Assembly: GCA_046761145.1 (NCBI GenBank)
Contig: JBHIFP010000023.1
Location: 1-23,336, forward strand
Direction: 5' to 3'
Length of the DNA stretch: 23,336 nucleotides
Source: Candidatus Hydrothermarchaeales archaeon
GTDB taxonomy: Archaea > Hydrothermarchaeota > Hydrothermarchaeia > Hydrothermarchaeales > SZUA-236
The position numbers and the translations under genes were made by a program. Below are positions 1 to 8,256 of this stretch, piece by piece (the stretch's first letter is position 1; each line of letters begins with the position of its first letter). The notes under the pieces are model-generated. The model did no database searches and had not been told where the DNA came from. It saw only the letters and a program-made list of their open reading frames with translations.

Positions 1-92
1 CGTCTACTATCAAGATGCTACTCTCTTCGGACATCTCGAATCATCTCTCCCTAAATATCTCACATTTACATAACGTAACGGCCATTTGTATC

Positions 93-467
93 CTACTCAG
101 CTGTTGCACTTTCGATGAGCTTTATTATCCTCCCAATATCCAAAGGTTTGTAGACCACGGCATATGCCCCTTCCCTCAGAGCTTCTGTTACGAGGGCATC
201 GTCGACGTAGGCCGTCATCATAATTACCGCCACCTCAGGGTATACTATCTTCTTGATCTCCCTAATAGTCTCTATGCCGTTTATTCCGGACATCTTTATA
301 TCCATGAGGATAACGTTGAAGAGCTCCCCCTTGAGTTTCTCAACCGCTTCAATTCCGCTCTCTGCAGTAGTTACATCGTATCCTCTCGCGCCCAGAATAT
401 CGGCCAAAGTCTCACAGGTGCCAACATCGTCGTCTACTACCAAGATACTAACTTTCCTTTCCTTCAT
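93..467 (-). CDS. Stand-alone CheY-like response regulator receiver domain protein
   Basis: 124 aa with a DDD acidic pocket near the N-terminus, the phospho-acceptor Asp in 'ILMDIKM', and a conserved Lys in 'VVYKP'. It overlaps the upstream histidine kinase gene by 20 nt on the same strand, giving a two-component operon. Confidence 0.85.
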   Translation of the reverse strand: MKERKVSILVVDDDVGTCETLADILGARGYDVTTAESGIEAVEKLKGELFNVILMDIKMSGINGIETIREIKKIVYPEVAVIMMTAYVDDALVTEALREGAYAVVYKPLDIGRIIKLIESATAE

Positions 468-2937
468 CTTCCTCTACTTCCATCACTGGTAGTTTTATAA
501 TGAAAGTTGCCCCCTTGTCTACAGCGCTCATCACATCGATGGTGCCCTCATGCCCGTCGATGATTTGTTTACATATCGCTAAACCCAAACCAATCCCTTT
601 TGCCTTGGTGGTAAAGAGCGGTTCGAAGATCTTCTCTATATTCTCTTTCGGAATCCCTTTGCCGGTGTCCTCAAACTCTATCTCTACGGAGTTGCCCTTA
701 CTTTTGGTTCTGATAATCAATTTACCACCTTCGGGCATCGCATGAACAGCGTTTGAAATCATATTCAAGAACACCCGCTGTAATTGCTCTCCGTCTGCCA
801 TCATCGAGGGTAAATCGGCCAGATAGGTTTCCACTTTGACATCGTCAGGTACCGATGCCCTGGCCAATGTATCCTTAAGGATCGCATTGATGTTGGCTTC
901 CCCAAAAGTGGGTTCTACCCCCCGTGAAAAGTCCAATAAGTCGGTGACGATTTTGTTGGAGGTATCTAGTTCCCTCTCTAGGATATTCAGGTGCTTCTTC
1001 ACCTTTTCATCTTTCCGGCCTAGGGTCATGTTGAGATAGTAGCTCACGTTCTTGATCACTCCAAGAGGATTTCTCAACTCGTGGCCAACACTCGCTGCCA
1101 GCTGCCCTATGGAAGCCAGCCTCTCTGACTTTACTAGCTGCTCTTGCGATTTTCTCAACTCCTCCATCTTACTTTCGACTTCAGCGCTGTAATATTTTAG
1201 AGACCGAATGGTCTCGTCCACTTCGGTAAACCCAACTCTGGCTATGAGCAAGGCCAGGAACATGCCTATCGCCCAGAGCAAGGTTACGTATTCATTTGTT
1301 GTGAAACTGAAGTTCTGCAAAAATCTGGTCTTGGAAAGGACCCCAAACCTCCCGACACCTTCGAGAAATATCGGGATAATGACCATAAATAGGAAGAGAC
1401 CGAAATAGCGCAGTTCCGGTATTCTAGTTGTCTGAACCGTTTTGTAGAGGGGATAAAGAACAAATATCGCCAAAAAGACGAAGACGTAAAGTTGTACCCT
1501 CCCCCACATAACTAGGAGCTTTACATTCCATGGCGCTTCGGGCGGCTCCCTCTTCCCTTGCAGAGTTAAGGTAGCATCGTCGATGCCTTGAAGCACGGCA
1601 TCGAGGTTGTCGATCGAGGGATTCCTCTTGGCATCTACAAATCTCTTTCTAATGACCATGTAAAGTTCTGGGTCTTCATCGGCGACTACACTTCTGATCG
1701 CATTGAAAATCGCCAAGGCATGATCGACCTCCGAAAGCGCCAATCCTGGTTCCCCGCGCCCAGTATATGCCCTAGCGGTCTGAAGATAATCGCGGATTAG
1801 CGCCAATTGGGTTATCTCTTCAGAACCAATCCCGCCAAATTCCAGGGTTCGCGCCAGCATGCTTATGCTGTGTCCTTGGCCATAACCCTCGTTGGCGGAT
1901 CCGTGAGAATCGTCATTCACAGCTATGCTGAAACGATAGGTCTTCGTGATATCGAACTGGACGTCGTCGTCGTGCCCGGTCTGCAATTTTCTCTTGAGTT
2001 CCAGATGCCACTTCCCGTCATAATAAACCCCTTTGGCGCTTATGTCTCTAGCACTTCCAGTCGGTTTTTCGGAGATGTATGCAGGAACTTTAAAGCCTAT
2101 CGGGATCTCCCTTCCATCGTTCAGTTTCGTCAGATTCAAAAATTCCACGGCCTCGTCCCTAAGGATCTCCTCCATCGTGATGTGTTTCGCATCTTCGCCC
2201 CTTGCGTCAAGTTCATAATATCTCGGCCCGATGAAATTACTCCTCTCATCGACAACCACATTCATTCTCTCCTCCACATACTCCCCCGATGTTTCATCTA
2301 GCTTGTGTGAATGCCATGTCTTCTCGATCATAGAGGTCCTAGAAAAACCAGGATATATCTTCTCCCCGATAACCACGGTATCGTCTAGGAATCCATCCCA
2401 CATATAGCCAGAGGGGTTGCCTTTCTCTGCCTTCCATTTCCAGTAATCGAGTCTTTCTTCTGGGGTATTGGTATGCATCCTATTTGCGTGGCAAGTAATG
2501 GCACATCCGGCTATATCGAAGCCCTCAACCGAGTCCCTTATGTTCCAGAAGATCGTGAACATATCCTCGGTATTTTTATTTGGGGGGTTCCAAGCAGTAC
2601 CATTATATCTCCAGAATAAAGCATCGCTTTGGGTTGGATCAGGCCATACGATGTACATATAGACATAGTCACGGTCATACAATGCCTTCATCTCCACATC
2701 CACATCCCCGACCTTTCCATCCACCACGGGGATGATCATTGTCTTTGTCTCATTCCACGAAGACTCTTTTGCCTGCCCATCTATGATTACCGCTTCGTTT
2801 GTTCTCACAGCGCTTAATAGCGTGCTATATTCTTCTTCCGCCGCTGTAAGCGTTCCATTTACCATAAGTGCACTAGCAATAAATGCCACTACCAAAATGA
2901 GCGCCGCTTTTTTTTGTTCTTTGTTCATCCAGCTCAC
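448..2937 (-). CDS. Sensor histidine kinase with a large N-terminal extracytoplasmic domain (~450 aa) and a multi-TM region
   Basis: 829 aa. N-terminal signal/TM 'AALILVVAFIASALMV'. C-terminal H-box 'ASVGHELRNPL' followed by an HATPase_c region (N-box 'FLNMISNAVHA', G-boxes 'DTGKGI', 'GLGLAI'). Four to five hydrophobic helices precede the HisKA domain. The start is probably GTG at 2937 (the track shows M), or ATG 9 nt downstream. Confidence 0.85.
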   Translation of the reverse strand: MSWMNKEQKKAALILVVAFIASALMVNGTLTAAEEEYSTLLSAVRTNEAVIIDGQAKESSWNETKTMIIPVVDGKVGDVDVEMKALYDRDYVYMYIVWPDPTQSDALFWRYNGTAWNPPNKNTEDMFTIFWNIRDSVEGFDIAGCAITCHANRMHTNTPEERLDYWKWKAEKGNPSGYMWDGFLDDTVVIGEKIYPGFSRTSMIEKTWHSHKLDETSGEYVEERMNVVVDERSNFIGPRYYELDARGEDAKHITMEEILRDEAVEFLNLTKLNDGREIPIGFKVPAYISEKPTGSARDISAKGVYYDGKWHLELKRKLQTGHDDDVQFDITKTYRFSIAVNDDSHGSANEGYGQGHSISMLARTLEFGGIGSEEITQLALIRDYLQTARAYTGRGEPGLALSEVDHALAIFNAIRSVVADEDPELYMVIRKRFVDAKRNPSIDNLDAVLQGIDDATLTLQGKREPPEAPWNVKLLVMWGRVQLYVFVFLAIFVLYPLYKTVQTTRIPELRYFGLFLFMVIIPIFLEGVGRFGVLSKTRFLQNFSFTTNEYVTLLWAIGMFLALLIARVGFTEVDETIRSLKYYSAEVESKMEELRKSQEQLVKSERLASIGQLAASVGHELRNPLGVIKNVSYYLNMTLGRKDEKVKKHLNILERELDTSNKIVTDLLDFSRGVEPTFGEANINAILKDTLARASVPDDVKVETYLADLPSMMADGEQLQRVFLNMISNAVHAMPEGGKLIIRTKSKGNSVEIEFEDTGKGIPKENIEKIFEPLFTTKAKGIGLGLAICKQIIDGHEGTIDVMSAVDKGATFIIKLPVMEVEEDEGKES

Positions 2938-3318
2938 TTCTCTCCATTTTCAGTATTTCATATCGACTTTTGGACCTCACAACCTATACCTATTACGCTT
3001 ATAAACTTGAGGCAAGGTGTTTACCAATTCCTCTTATTTTGGACCGCCTCCACACCATACATTTTTCATTTTTTCCTGCAAGTAAAGGCTACTATATGAT
3101 CCTTGATCTCTCCTCCAATCCTCTTTTCTCTCCATTGGTGAGATTATGTGTATAATATTCTTGTAGTTCAATCTATAAAATGATTTCTGCCATCTGAGGT
3201 ACGGTAGAGGACCCAGAAGTATGCGTTTTATGCTCTTTTGAAGTATGCCTATTCCTCATACTTCTTCGCGGCGCTCGTCAACTCGAGCTTAATTCCGGGG
3301 TTTATGTAATAAAACTTT

Positions 3319-3346
3319 TGCACCTTTTGTGGTGCACCGTGGTGCG
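3319..3346. promoter_or_regulatory. Palindromic/direct-repeat element in the TCS–stomatin intergenic region
   Basis: The sequence reads TGCACC-ttttgt-GGTGCACC. The 8-bp perfect palindrome GGTGCACC is embedded in a GTGGTGC direct repeat (3329-3335 and 3339-3345). Read directly from the sequence; function unknown. Confidence 0.3.
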
Positions 3347-3550
3347 AGATACAGCTGGAAAAAGGCAGAAATTGTTGTAGTGTTTTAACGCCACGCGATG
3401 CCATAGTGAGGGTAGTGGAGTTAATGCCGTTCTACTAGGACGCAAAACATTACAGTGTAAAATACAAAAATTGTAAATATAGATCAAAATTTTTTTTAGC
3501 CCAAGACAAAGTAACTTTTTAAGACAAGAACGAATTGCCCGGGTAGGACA

Positions 3551-3561
3551 AATAATATAAA
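3551..3561 (+). promoter_or_regulatory. Putative archaeal TATA box for the stomatin gene
   Basis: AT-rich 'aataatataaa' lies about 35-45 nt upstream of ATG 3596. A GGTGA Shine-Dalgarno sits 7 nt upstream of the ATG. Confidence 0.3.
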
Positions 3562-3595
3562 GGAGTACTGACAATTTTTCGTAAGGTGAAAATCA

Positions 3596-4366
3596 ATGCC
3601 GATAGGGACATATATCGCTATACTCGTAATTTTGGTAGTCTTGGTACTTCTCAAGATGTCGATATGGATATTTAAAGAGTACGAGCGAGGGGTTCTCTTC
3701 AGGTTGGGGAGGTTGAAAGGTGCAAGAGGGCCGGGCTTAGTCTTCATAATACCCTTCGTAGATAAGATCTTCAGGGTAGATCTGAGGGTAGTTACAGAAA
3801 ATGTCTCGGCCCAAGACGTTATCACCAAGGACAATGTGACGACCAAAGTCGATGCCGTTATATACTTCAATGTAGTAGATCCAGTGAACTCCAAAATGGA
3901 GGTGGAGGACTACTTGGCATCTACCACGCTGATATCTCAGACAACCCTGAGGGGCGTTATCGGACAGCATGAGCTGGACGAAGTGCTCGCGGAGAGGGAT
4001 AAGATCAATTATACTCTTCAAAGGATTATAGATTCGCACACGGAACCTTGGGGAGTGAAGGTATCAGCTGTCGAGGTCAAAGACGTCGAGCTTCCAGAAA
4101 CTATGAAGAGGGCCATGGCGAGGCAAGCCGAGGCTGAGAGGGAGAGAAGGGCAAAGGTGATCAACGCCCTAGGGGAATTCCAAGCGGCAGAAAAACTTGC
4201 GCAAGCGGCAGATATTATTGGGCCCCATCCAATGGCGCTCCAATTGAGATATCTGCAATCTCTAGTCGAGGTCTCATCAGAACAGAGCTCATCGGTTATA
4301 TTCCCGGTGCCGATAGACCTATTTAAACCGTTCTTGAAGGGTAGTAAGAGTAAGAAAAAGGAGTGA
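3596..4366 (+). CDS. SPFH/band-7 (stomatin/prohibitin-like) membrane protein
   Basis: 256 aa. N-terminal TM helix, then the typical band-7 core '[10 protein letters not shown]...[10 protein letters not shown]...', then a C-terminal coiled-coil '[14 protein letters not shown]'. Confidence 0.9.
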   Translation: MPIGTYIAILVILVVLVLLKMSIWIFKEYERGVLFRLGRLKGARGPGLVFIIPFVDKIFRVDLRVVTENVSAQDVITKDNVTTKVDAVIYFNVVDPVNSKMEVEDYLASTTLISQTTLRGVIGQHELDEVLAERDKINYTLQRIIDSHTEPWGVKVSAVEVKDVELPETMKRAMARQAEAERERRAKVINALGEFQAAEKLAQAADIIGPHPMALQLRYLQSLVEVSSEQSSSVIFPVPIDLFKPFLKGSKSKKKE

Positions 4367-4375
4367 TGCCTCACT

Positions 4376-4392
4376 TCTTTGACTTTTTATTC
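4376..4392 (+). terminator. Oligo-T stretch downstream of stomatin (archaeal-type terminator candidate)
   Basis: 'cttctttgactttttatt' lies immediately after the TGA stop at 4364-4366. Further T-runs occur at ~4440-4475. Confidence 0.3.
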
Positions 4393-4544
4393 GATGTAAG
4401 TTGTCATGCCCCCTCCAATATAAGGTTGCTTTTACTGGTTCTTTTTTATCTTTGATCTATTCTGTTTTTTGGAGATGAATTGCCAACTTAAAGAGAGGGG
4501 ATTAAATGATTCTAAAAGACGATTCAGCGCAATACCCATGCCGA

Positions 4545-4560
4545 CTTAAATATATATAAG
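4545..4560 (+). promoter_or_regulatory. Putative TATA box/promoter of the cytochrome operon
   Basis: 'cttaaatatatataag' lies 56-70 nt upstream of ATG 4616. GGAG lies 8 nt upstream of the ATG. Confidence 0.3.
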
Positions 4561-4615
4561 AGTAAGGGCAAAAACTAAAATAGATTTTTCAAGATCTCGA
4601 AATGGAGCGAAATCC

Positions 4616-6130
4616 ATGCAGAAAGAGGAGAGAAAAAGAATCTCACTGCTGGTTGTAGCCGCGTTTGTGGTAGCAACGATTGCATTTGTAACATTAACGC
4701 CTGGATTCAGCTTCTTAGAACAATTTGTTAGAGTGGGAGAAGAAAAGCCAACCACCACTGAGGGGGCTACTTACGTCGGTTCAATTCGATGTAAGCAATG
4801 CCATGAAGGGACTTACGCCGGTTGGAAAACAACCTTGCATCCATATAAGATACAGAATATCGAGGATGCCCTTGTTGTCGGCGATTTCGAGAAGAACAAC
4901 AAGTTGGTCATCAAAAAGGGTGATGTCGAGTACACAACGACGATGTCAAAAAAGGAAGGGAAATACTACATAACCACTATTGGCCCGGATGGAAAGGAGC
5001 ACGCCTACGAAGTGCTCTATACCCTCGGTAGTGCCTGGAAGCAGAGATATCTCACGAAGTTCGACAATGGGGAATTCCATATACTCCCCGTTCAATGGAA
5101 TATTAGGGACCAGAAGTGGCAAGACTACCATGGGCTGGAGAAATATGATTATGATGATCCCAAAAATTATTGGAGCAGTAGGGGAAGGATCTGGCAGTAT
5201 AAATGTGCTGGTTGTCATACAACTGGTTTTCAAATAAACTACGATGAAGTCACGGATACCTATGCCTCAACTTGGATAGATAACGGAGTCGGATGTGAAG
5301 CTTGTCACGGACCGGGGAGCAACCACATATTGGCCGATATCCCTTACAAGAAGGAGACGATCGTCAATCCAGCGAAGATCCCACAAACAGATATAGGGGT
5401 CATGGTTTGTGGCTCATGCCACACCCGGGGTCATTCTACCCTCGATGCGAAATATGGATATCCCGTTGGCTACAAACCCGGCATGAACTTGGTACCTCTG
5501 TTCGATCCTGTTACGCGCGAAAAAGATACACCAAAACGCTTCTGGCCGAGTGGAGACTCCAGATCGCACCACCAACAGTATCTAGACTGGAAGACAAGCG
5601 AGCACGCGAGGGTAGGGATAGTATGCTGGGACTGCCACACCGTTCACTCTAAAGGTGAAGGCAAGTTCGAGACCAAGCTAGCAGGCACTGCGCTGTGCAA
5701 GGCCTGCCACGGTGAGCCGAGGGAGGTTCCAGGCCTCGCTGGGTTGAGCCACACCATCATGGACTTCGGGAACTGCGTCGGCTGCCACATGCCCCCGACT
5801 GCAAAGAGCATAAACCCAGGAGATATTAGGAGCCACAGGTTCAAGGTCATTAAACCAGAGGTCAGCATAAAACTCCTGCTTGACAAGGCTGCGAAGAAGG
5901 ATAAAACGGTCTTGGGCTTCTACGGCCTCGAGGCTAAAGATGTGGAAGGCCTTAACAAGACCGAAGTGGAAGAGCTGCTCAAGAACAAGGCCCGAGAAGC
6001 TATGTACGCAGGAAAAACCATGGACGACCTGCTCTGGAATGTGCAGCCCAACTCATGCAACGGATGCCACCACCACGTTTCACCTTGGATACTTCAAGAA
6101 TACCTCGAACCTCCGCGTCTGCATGAATAA
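4616..6130 (+). CDS. Octaheme c-type cytochrome, membrane-anchored or secreted (N-terminal TM/signal)
   Basis: 504 aa with eight canonical CxxCH motifs: CKQCH, CAGCH, CEACH, CGSCH, CWDCH, CKACH, CVGCH and CNGCH. N-terminal hydrophobic segment 'ISLLVVAAFVVATIAFVTL'. A haem-free ~130-aa insert lies between haem 1 and haem 2. Confidence 0.9.
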   Translation: MQKEERKRISLLVVAAFVVATIAFVTLTPGFSFLEQFVRVGEEKPTTTEGATYVGSIRCKQCHEGTYAGWKTTLHPYKIQNIEDALVVGDFEKNNKLVIKKGDVEYTTTMSKKEGKYYITTIGPDGKEHAYEVLYTLGSAWKQRYLTKFDNGEFHILPVQWNIRDQKWQDYHGLEKYDYDDPKNYWSSRGRIWQYKCAGCHTTGFQINYDEVTDTYASTWIDNGVGCEACHGPGSNHILADIPYKKETIVNPAKIPQTDIGVMVCGSCHTRGHSTLDAKYGYPVGYKPGMNLVPLFDPVTREKDTPKRFWPSGDSRSHHQQYLDWKTSEHARVGIVCWDCHTVHSKGEGKFETKLAGTALCKACHGEPREVPGLAGLSHTIMDFGNCVGCHMPPTAKSINPGDIRSHRFKVIKPEVSIKLLLDKAAKKDKTVLGFYGLEAKDVEGLNKTEVEELLKNKAREAMYAGKTMDDLLWNVQPNSCNGCHHHVSPWILQEYLEPPRLHE

Positions 6131-6157
6131 TAAAATTCTGCAAGGAGAACAGGACCA

Positions 6158-6721
6158 ATGAGAGAGATGGTAAAGGGAGGGGTTCTAATACTCCTCCTTT
6201 TAGGCTTCATATCCCTGAGCCATGTCGTGGAGGCTCAGGAAGTTCAGCAGAGGGACATGGAGAAATACTGGAGTGAGAGGTGGAAGAGCCCCCTACCCCC
6301 TGAGGCTAAGACGAAGTATAAGCTTGCATATACCCTTGAATATGCGAATAAGACGTACCAAGAATCTCCTCACGGAAAGGCAGCTGCTCTTGGAAAAGAG
6401 GGAGTTCCGACTTGTACGGATTGTCACGGCATGGTGGACTGGATGTATTTCCTTCCACAGAGCGATCCAAATTCACCCATCAATCCTAAGAACAGACCTG
6501 ATATATGCGCGAGGGAGGATTGTCATGGTGTTAAATTGCCCAATGCAGGCAAGGGATCGATGCATGGAAGCGATATATACTCTCTAGGCCCAACCTCCGT
6601 GAATGGGCTGATAAACTTCCTCTACAAAATACTTATCTCCGCAGTGATCGGATTCTTCGTAGTCTTTGAGATTTTGGACTTCACCAGAAAGTTCGGTAAG
6701 AGCAAGAGGGGGGGCGTGTGA
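6158..6721 (+). CDS. Small membrane-anchored dihaem(?) cytochrome c
   Basis: 187 aa. Signal peptide 'GGVLILLLLGFISLSHVVEA'. One canonical CTDCH plus a CAREDCH (CX4CH, cytochrome c3-like spacing). C-terminal TM anchor 'LISAVIGFFVVFEIL'. It sits 27 nt after the octaheme gene and ends 1 nt before the cytochrome b start. Confidence 0.7.
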   Translation: MREMVKGGVLILLLLGFISLSHVVEAQEVQQRDMEKYWSERWKSPLPPEAKTKYKLAYTLEYANKTYQESPHGKAAALGKEGVPTCTDCHGMVDWMYFLPQSDPNSPINPKNRPDICAREDCHGVKLPNAGKGSMHGSDIYSLGPTSVNGLINFLYKILISAVIGFFVVFEILDFTRKFGKSKRGGV

Positions 6722-6722
6722 A

Positions 6723-7397
6723 ATGGCCGAAGAGGAATTCTTAAGATTTACCGTCTTTCAGAGGATACAACACGTCCTTTGGGCCCTATCGTTTTTCGTA
6801 TTGGCATTGACGGGATTCCCACTGAAATACGCCCATACCTCATGGGCACGGGGTATAGTTGACTTGCTTGGGGGTCCGGATAAGAGAGGTTTATATCATC
6901 GAATTGCTGCAGTAGTATTCATCGGTACAGGTCTTATACACGTGATATACTATATCCTGATCGACAGAGGAAAGAAGGACATAATGCCGAAGAGGAAAGA
7001 TTTCGACGATGCTATACAACACATCAAATACAATTTAAGGATGACCGACGAAATGCCAAAAATGGGGAGGTACACCTGGGAGCAGAAGTTCGATTACTGG
7101 ACCGGAGCTGTTGGTTCCCTCATAGTAGTTGTGACGGGGTTTATGATGTGGTTCACATTCGATATGGTGTTGAAGGTACTGCCGCTGCAGTTCGTCAATT
7201 ATGCCCGGCTGATACATGGGTGGGAAGCAATTCTGGCATTTTCTTTCGTGATAGTGGTACATTTATACGCGACGATTTTGAATCCGGATGTATTTCCAAT
7301 GGCAAAGCAATGGATAACTGGAACACTGAGTAAAGAACAAATGGAACATGAGCACCCGTTGGAGCTGGAAGAATTGACAGAGGGGGAAGAGGCATAG
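6723..7397 (+). CDS. Dihaem cytochrome b membrane subunit (FdnI/HydC/Ni-hydrogenase cytochrome b-like, PF01292-type)
   Basis: Candidate His haem ligands in predicted TM helices: 'QHVLWAL', 'YHRIAAVVFIGTGLIHVIYY', 'HGWEAILAFSFVIVVHLY'. The ATG at 6723 (MAEEEF) lies directly after the TGA of the upstream gene. The track ORF extends to 6666, but the upstream extension overlaps the preceding CDS. Confidence 0.75.
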   Translation: MAEEEFLRFTVFQRIQHVLWALSFFVLALTGFPLKYAHTSWARGIVDLLGGPDKRGLYHRIAAVVFIGTGLIHVIYYILIDRGKKDIMPKRKDFDDAIQHIKYNLRMTDEMPKMGRYTWEQKFDYWTGAVGSLIVVVTGFMMWFTFDMVLKVLPLQFVNYARLIHGWEAILAFSFVIVVHLYATILNPDVFPMAKQWITGTLSKEQMEHEHPLELEELTEGEEA

Positions 7398-7404
7398 AGC
7401 CCAC

Positions 7405-7420
7405 CCGTTTTTCCTTTTTA
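7405..7420 (+). terminator. Oligo-T terminator candidate after the cytochrome b gene
   Basis: 'cgtttttcctttttat' (two T5 runs) begins 8 nt after the TAG stop at 7395-7397. It lies in the convergent intergenic region shared with tfs. Confidence 0.35.
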
Positions 7421-7509
7421 TACATTCGTAAATTGTTCTCTCTCATCATTGCTTAGGTGTTGCATCTATTGCACAATACACCCATCAACCTGAACCAGAT
7501 TGGACGAAA

Positions 7510-7818
7510 TTAATAATACTCTCTCCAGGTGAACTTGCACTTTGTGCAACGCAAAAATCTCGTCTCGGGTTCGTCCGCCCCCCTCGTCTGTAATAGCCAC
7601 CACGCCGCCTCCATATTCCCGCATTTTGGACACTCCACCCTCGTCGTCGGTAAGGTCTTGGCGTCCTCATCCACGATCAACAATTCCCTCTTCCTATCTA
7701 CGGTCTTACTGATCTTGTAATCATCTTTTTTGGAGATCTTCCTTTTTGCTCCACATTTTGTACAGACCATCATCCCATCCTTGGGCAACATCAAACTTGC
7801 ACACTTCTTACAGAACAT
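7510..7818 (-). CDS. tfs: Transcription factor S (TFIIS-like / RNA polymerase subunit M homologue)
   Basis: N-terminal Zn ribbon 'CKKCASLM...CTKCG'. C-terminal TFIIS-type Zn ribbon 'CPKCGNMEAAWWLLQTRGADEPETRFLRCTKCKFTW' with the acidic hairpin 'ADEPE'. Start chosen at the internal Met (MFCKKC) because the longer track ORF (to 7866) would overlap the Nudix gene by 59 nt. Confidence 0.8.
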   Translation of the reverse strand: MFCKKCASLMLPKDGMMVCTKCGAKRKISKKDDYKISKTVDRKRELLIVDEDAKTLPTTRVECPKCGNMEAAWWLLQTRGADEPETRFLRCTKCKFTWREYY

Positions 7819-8239
7819 TTCGTGACCTCGAATAATCCTCCAAAATTCTCCTATGATCGAAGGCAAGATCTTCTTTTAATGCATCTTTCAACTCGAAGAA
7901 CCTAGCATCCATCGCGTCATCTCCGCCTCTCTCTCCTCCGGATCCTTGGGCCTCAAAACAGATCGAGATGACATGGCCCCTTGGATCGCGATCTGGATTG
8001 GAATAGACCCCGAGCAATCCAGTTATCTCGATCTCCAAATTTGCCTCTTCGAGGACCTCCCTTTTTATCGCATCTTCTGCACTTTCGCCGTATTCTATGA
8101 ACCCCCCCGGCAAAGCCCAGTGGTCCTTGAAAGGGTCGTTCCTCCTCTTTATCAGCAGGACTTTGCCGCCCGATTCGACGACGGCGTCGACGGTTATAGC
8201 TGGTGTTTTGCTCCTATTGCCCATGCGAAAGGGAGTCAT
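7808..8239 (-). CDS. Nudix hydrolase
   Basis: Nudix box 'GGFIEYGESAEDAIKREVLEEANL' (Gx5Ex7REVxEE). 143 aa. Confidence 0.85.
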   Translation of the reverse strand: MTPFRMGNRSKTPAITVDAVVESGGKVLLIKRRNDPFKDHWALPGGFIEYGESAEDAIKREVLEEANLEIEITGLLGVYSNPDRDPRGHVISICFEAQGSGGERGGDDAMDARFFELKDALKEDLAFDHRRILEDYSRSRNVL

Positions 8240-8256
8240 ACGGGCCCTCCGTTAGT

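Noticed and set aside
15-500. 161-aa plus-strand ORF at the window start
   Set aside because: It is entirely antisense to the well-supported response regulator gene (93..467) and has no recognisable motifs. It is a shadow ORF.
1807-2301. 164-aa plus-strand ORF, among several other 60-90-aa ORFs, inside the HK locus
   Set aside because: They are antisense to the 829-aa histidine kinase with its clear HisKA/HATPase motifs. They are shadow ORFs.
2938-3595. Search for tRNA, RNase P, SRP or C/D-box sRNA in the long intergenic region
   Set aside because: No GTTCRANYC T-loop, CR-I 'GGAAAGUCCGGGC' or paired RUGAUGA/CUGA boxes with correct spacing could be found by eye. This cannot be excluded without a covariance-model scan.
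3302-3894. Two minus-strand ORFs (90 aa, 132 aa) in or overlapping the TCS-stomatin intergenic region
   Set aside because: They are low-complexity and AT-driven. The second is antisense to the stomatin 5' end. They have no motifs and are more likely non-coding regulatory sequence.
6666-6722. N-terminal extension of the cytochrome b ORF (MRFWTSPESSVRARGGACE…)
   Set aside because: The extension overlaps the 3' end of the upstream cytochrome c gene. The ATG at 6723 directly after that gene's stop gives a typical FdnI-like N-terminus.
7819-7866. Longer TFS start (MPSIIGEFWRIIRGHE…)
   Set aside because: It would overlap the Nudix gene by 59 nt. The internal Met yields the canonical N-terminal Zn-ribbon start.
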